Origin: Chrysomallon squamiferum
Taxonomy: Eukaryota; Animalia; Mollusca
DNA: 64,000 nt
Assembly: GCA_012295275.1 (NCBI GenBank)
Contig: CM022677.1
Location: 19,592,001 to 19,656,000 of the forward strand
Direction of reading: 5' to 3'
The translations under genes and the position numbers were made by a program. Under the pieces are notes generated by a model. That model was not told where the DNA came from and did not search any database. It saw nothing but the letters and a program-made list of their open reading frames with translations. This document shows positions 55,991 to 64,000 of the stretch, piece by piece. Position 1 is the first letter of the stretch; the number at the start of each line of letters is the position of its first letter.

Positions 55991-57525
55991 TTATCTATCT
56001 ATCTATTTATCTATCTATCTATATATATCTATCTATCTGATGCCAGTATGTCACATGGTTCCTGCAAAAGAAAGCTCACGTGATGTTCCTGTAAAAGAAA
56101 GGCTCACCTGATTTAAAAGAAAGGCTCACGTGATTTAAAAGAAAGGCTCACCTGATTTAAAAGAAAGGCTCACGTGATGTTTCTGGATGTGAGGTGTATT
56201 TATAGCAAAATTAAGTGCTCATGACATTTGCAAAGGTAATTTATTTTATTTTTTTTATTATTTATTTATTTATTTATTTATTTCGAGTTTGTTGGAGAGT
56301 GTATTTGTTTATCTCTGTGTAAGTGTGAGTATGTGTGTGTGTATTTTAGTATGTGTATGGTTTTGTTTTGTGAAACGGCCTGAGACTGTGTGTTTATGTG
56401 TATATACGTGTGTGTGTTTGTTAGTGTCCAAGTGAATGTGTATTTGTTAATGTTTGCTGCAAATGTATGCTTGTTGATTTGTATGTGCGTGTTTGTGCGT
56501 GCCTGAGTGTGTGAGTTACTGACTGTGTGCATGTGTGTGTGTACGTGTGTGTTTGCTTTTGTATAGTTTTTTTATCTGTATTTTAAAATCAAGAATGACA
56601 AATATATCTCACACCAGCTGCATCTAACAACAACAAGTTCATATTACTACGAAAACAAATCTTCTGTTACGTTGGCAGCAGCGAAATAGATAAAACATAT
56701 GTTACATTCATAACACCGTAACACAGTCTTTCTTTTACATCGCGTGAGCCTTCCTTTTAAATTAGGTGAGCCTGTCTTTTAAATCACGTGAGCCTTTATT
56801 TTAAATAACATGAGCCTTTCTTTTAAATCACGTGATCCATTGCTTTTACATCACGTGAGCCTTCCTTTTGCAGCAACCATGTGACATATCGGCATAAGAT
56901 AGATAGATATAGATAGATAGATAGTTGGATAGATAGAGAGATAGATATATCTAGATACGTATGTAGCTATATACAGTACTATAGAATACGTTGATGTTAT
57001 AGGAAATGATCTGTTAAAATTGTTGTAAAATGTTACATCTGGGTTGCAGTGAAACAAGGGGAGATAATAATGGTGAAACATGCATCTGTCTTTTGATAAG
57101 GTGGTTAGAGTTATGCCGCAAGTCAGCGTATTCGAAATGTATACCCGTCATATAGAAAAACTAAACGAGGCCATCAAAAATGTTTCCTTTGCCCCAAGCA
57201 TCGTGGAATTTACTCGGTTCCACTGCCAAATGATAAAATATAACGAAGAGTTCAGGACTGTGAAGAATCATGCTTTTGAAGACAATTTCTTCTTTTTTAA
57301 GAGAGATACTAGAATTTATTGACAGTATTTTTTATTTTATTTTTTTTTTTTTTTTTTTTTTTTTTAATAAAGCTTGTGACAACAGAGCAAAATAAATGAA
57401 ATTCTGGGAATATAAATTGCTGTTACTTCGTTGTTTTTCAGGTTATCATGGTAAGTATGATATCATTTTATAACTGTTTTCTTCAAAATGACAAAGTATA
57501 ATGAAGAGTTTTCTTCGTAAGTATC

Positions 57526-57629
<104 letters not shown>

Positions 57630-57804
57630 CAGAACAGAGAGATAGTTTTATTAAATAAAAGAAAAGTTGTTTAAAAAAGAATGTAAGAAAAGCCATACAA
57701 CGTGTCATCATGGGAGTGTATACTTTCGAAATATGAAGTTAATTACAATGCCCAATATTTGTTATATATATATATATACACTCACACACATATAAACACA
57801 CACA

Positions 57805-57843
<39 letters not shown>

Positions 57844-57875
57844 TATGATAAATGTAAATTTATTTATTTATTTGT

Positions 57876-57906
<31 letters not shown>

Positions 57907-57923
57907 TTTGTTTATTTATTTGT

Positions 57924-58030
<107 letters not shown>

Positions 58031-58342
58031 TTTGCTACACCTCCAGAATGCAGACTCTACTGCTTACGTAGACAGATCGCTCTTAGAAACTGATTGAAAA
58101 TCAGCAAAATCACAGGTCGAAGCATCCCTGTGTAGTAATTTTAGTGTGTGTGGAAGATATGACAGTATTTTTATTTATAAAATATGACACACTACTAATA
58201 AGATAATCGGTGTATTAGTAGATTCTAAGTGTGTGGGAAAGTCTCTTTATTCTTATAATATCTGATACATTGTCAAAATTAAGTTTTCGTCAAATATATT
58301 TTGTAACGTCATATCATATTACATAGTTTTGTGTTTTATATT

Positions 58343-58442
<100 letters not shown>

Positions 58443-58573
58443 TACATTTTGTCCCTGGTGATGCTATTATTGTTGCTGCAGCTGTTGTTATTGTTATTGT
58501 TGCTGTTGTTACTTTTGCTATTCTTATTGTTATTACTATTGTTGTTCTTGTTGTGGTTGATATTATAATTATT

Positions 58574-58673
<100 letters not shown>

Positions 58674-58729
58674 AGTAGTAATATTTCACAAAAAGATAAA
58701 TGAAAGATAAATGATATTTTATTTTCAGA

Positions 58730-58789
58730 TTAATCTTCACAGATTTTCGCTTTCTGTTCACAAGTTACTCCCCACTTGATCCAACATTT
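58730..58789 (-). pseudogene. Lectin exon-4 3' remnant (CWIKWGVTCEQKAKICED*)
   Basis: Mirror counterpart of 30458-30517. Confidence 0.75.
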
Positions 58790-58918
58790 TGCAATGACGA
58801 CGACAACAACAACAACAATAATAATAATAATCATCATAATCATCATCACCACCATCACTAGAAGCATATACATATGTACGAAATCGAGAGAGAGAGACAG
58901 ACAGATTGAGAGAGAGAT

Positions 58919-58949
<31 letters not shown>

Positions 58950-58958
58950 CAGAGACAG

Positions 58959-59068
<110 letters not shown>

Positions 59069-59396
59069 AAAGTCACAACATTTGTAAATAATTCCGCGAT
59101 TTCTATCTCTTTCTTCTTACATTTTGTCCTAGTGATGATGTTATTGTTGCTGTTGTTGATGCTGTTGTTGTTTGATTTTGCTGTTGTTGTTATTGTTATT
59201 ATTATTATTACTTCGCAGAAAGAAAAAAGATAAATCAAAGATATATAGATATAATATTTTATTTTCAAATTAATCTTCACAGAATCATCATCACCACCAT
59301 CACTAGAAGCATATACATATGTACGAAATCGGTTAGAGATCGTACAGACAGATTTTAGAAGAGATTTCTTCAGAACAGAGAGACAGACAGAGAGAC

Positions 59397-59500
<104 letters not shown>

Positions 59501-59702
59501 AAAAAGTCACAACATTTGTAAATAATTCCGCGATTTCTATCTCTTTCTTCTTGCATTTTGTCCTGGTGATGATGTTATTGTTGCTGTTGTTGATGCTGTT
59601 GTGTTTGATTTTGCTGTTGTTGTTATTGTTATTATTATTATTACTTCGCAGAAAGAAAAAAGATAAATCAAAGATATATAGATATAATATTTTATTTTCA
59701 AA

Positions 59703-62960
<3,258 letters not shown>

Positions 62961-64000
62961 ATTTTGACAAATTACAAAATATAAAGAAGAGTTCAGGACT
63001 GTGATTAATGATGCTTTTGAAGAAGATATCTTGCTTTTTTAAAGAATTTAGTAACAGTATTTGTTTTAATAAAGTTTGAAACAGCAGAGCAAAATAAATG
63101 AAATTCTGGGAATATCAGTTGCAAATACTTCGTTGTTTTTCAGGTTATCATCGTAAGTATGATATCATTTAATAATTGTTTTCTTTATAATGATAAAGTA
63201 TAATAGTGAGTTTTCCTTCCTGTGATAAACAGCTAGTCTCTGTGTAAATACATTTGTATGTCCGTACGTATGTATCAATGTGTGTATTTTTATGAGTATC
63301 TATGTGTTTAAATATATATATTTTTTTATTTATTTCCTTACTTACTTACTTTCTTGAACAAAACTCCTAAAACAATCGAAGTATTACGGAAGTTTTGGAC
63401 ACGTCAACAAAAATCTAACTGAGATTTTTTCAATTGGGTGTGTTGTTGTTGTTGTTGTTGTTGCTTTTTATTATCATTATTATTATTTTTTTCCTTATTT
63501 TTTCTTATACTATTTTGAATTATCAGTTCTAAACAATATCAGATTTCTCATTTATTTTCCTAGTAATTTTCTGCTCTTTTCAGTTACTTTTAATTGCAGT
63601 GAAGATAATTTCAACAGAATCTAGAAAATGATAATAAGAGAAAACGGCAAGCTGAACACTGCAGAGAACAAATATTTAATTTGAAATAACGTTTGATACA
63701 GTCTGTCTAGAAAACGTTTTGAGATATGTGAAAAATACTTTATCATTTTGCCTCTCTGTATGTAATTAAAAAATATATATAAAAAATCACTTTAAGTTTA
63801 AAAACTGACTGATTTTTGTTTTCATTTCCTGCCTTTTTGGGGCATCGCTTTCTTCTGGCCTTTTTTGTCTCTCATTTTTAATAAAATCTCGAAGAAAACA
63901 TAATTTACAAAAACGCTAATTGAAAATGTATCGGATATATGTAAAATACGTCATCTGGAAGACTGGGCCTAGGTATGACGTCATACTGCCTTGAAGCACT

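Overview
AT-rich, microsatellite-dense eukaryotic genomic DNA, probably molluscan (inferred from the CPEB and perlucin-like sequences). 0.6-8.2 kb holds the 3' part of a CPEB1/orb-type gene (+ strand; RRM1, RRM2 and ZZ zinc finger). Two of its exons are garbled, and its last coding intron carries about two dozen tandem copies of the real 3' splice acceptor. 14-39 kb and 50-64 kb form a recently expanded, heavily rearranged cluster of 4-exon secreted C-type lectin (perlucin-like) genes: four intact-looking copies, two pseudogenes, one 5'-less copy and several orphan exons. The cluster shows mosaic exons, hypervariable sugar-binding loops, breakpoints in (GA)n/(TC)n tracts, fold-back junctions and a ~7-8 kb inverted duplication. 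A divergent, apparently C-terminally truncated MYCBPAP-like gene (- strand, 40.2-50.2 kb) lies between the arms, next to a 200-N gap. Most ORFs in the supplied track are microsatellite artefacts. Gene names come from recalled motifs; no database search was run.
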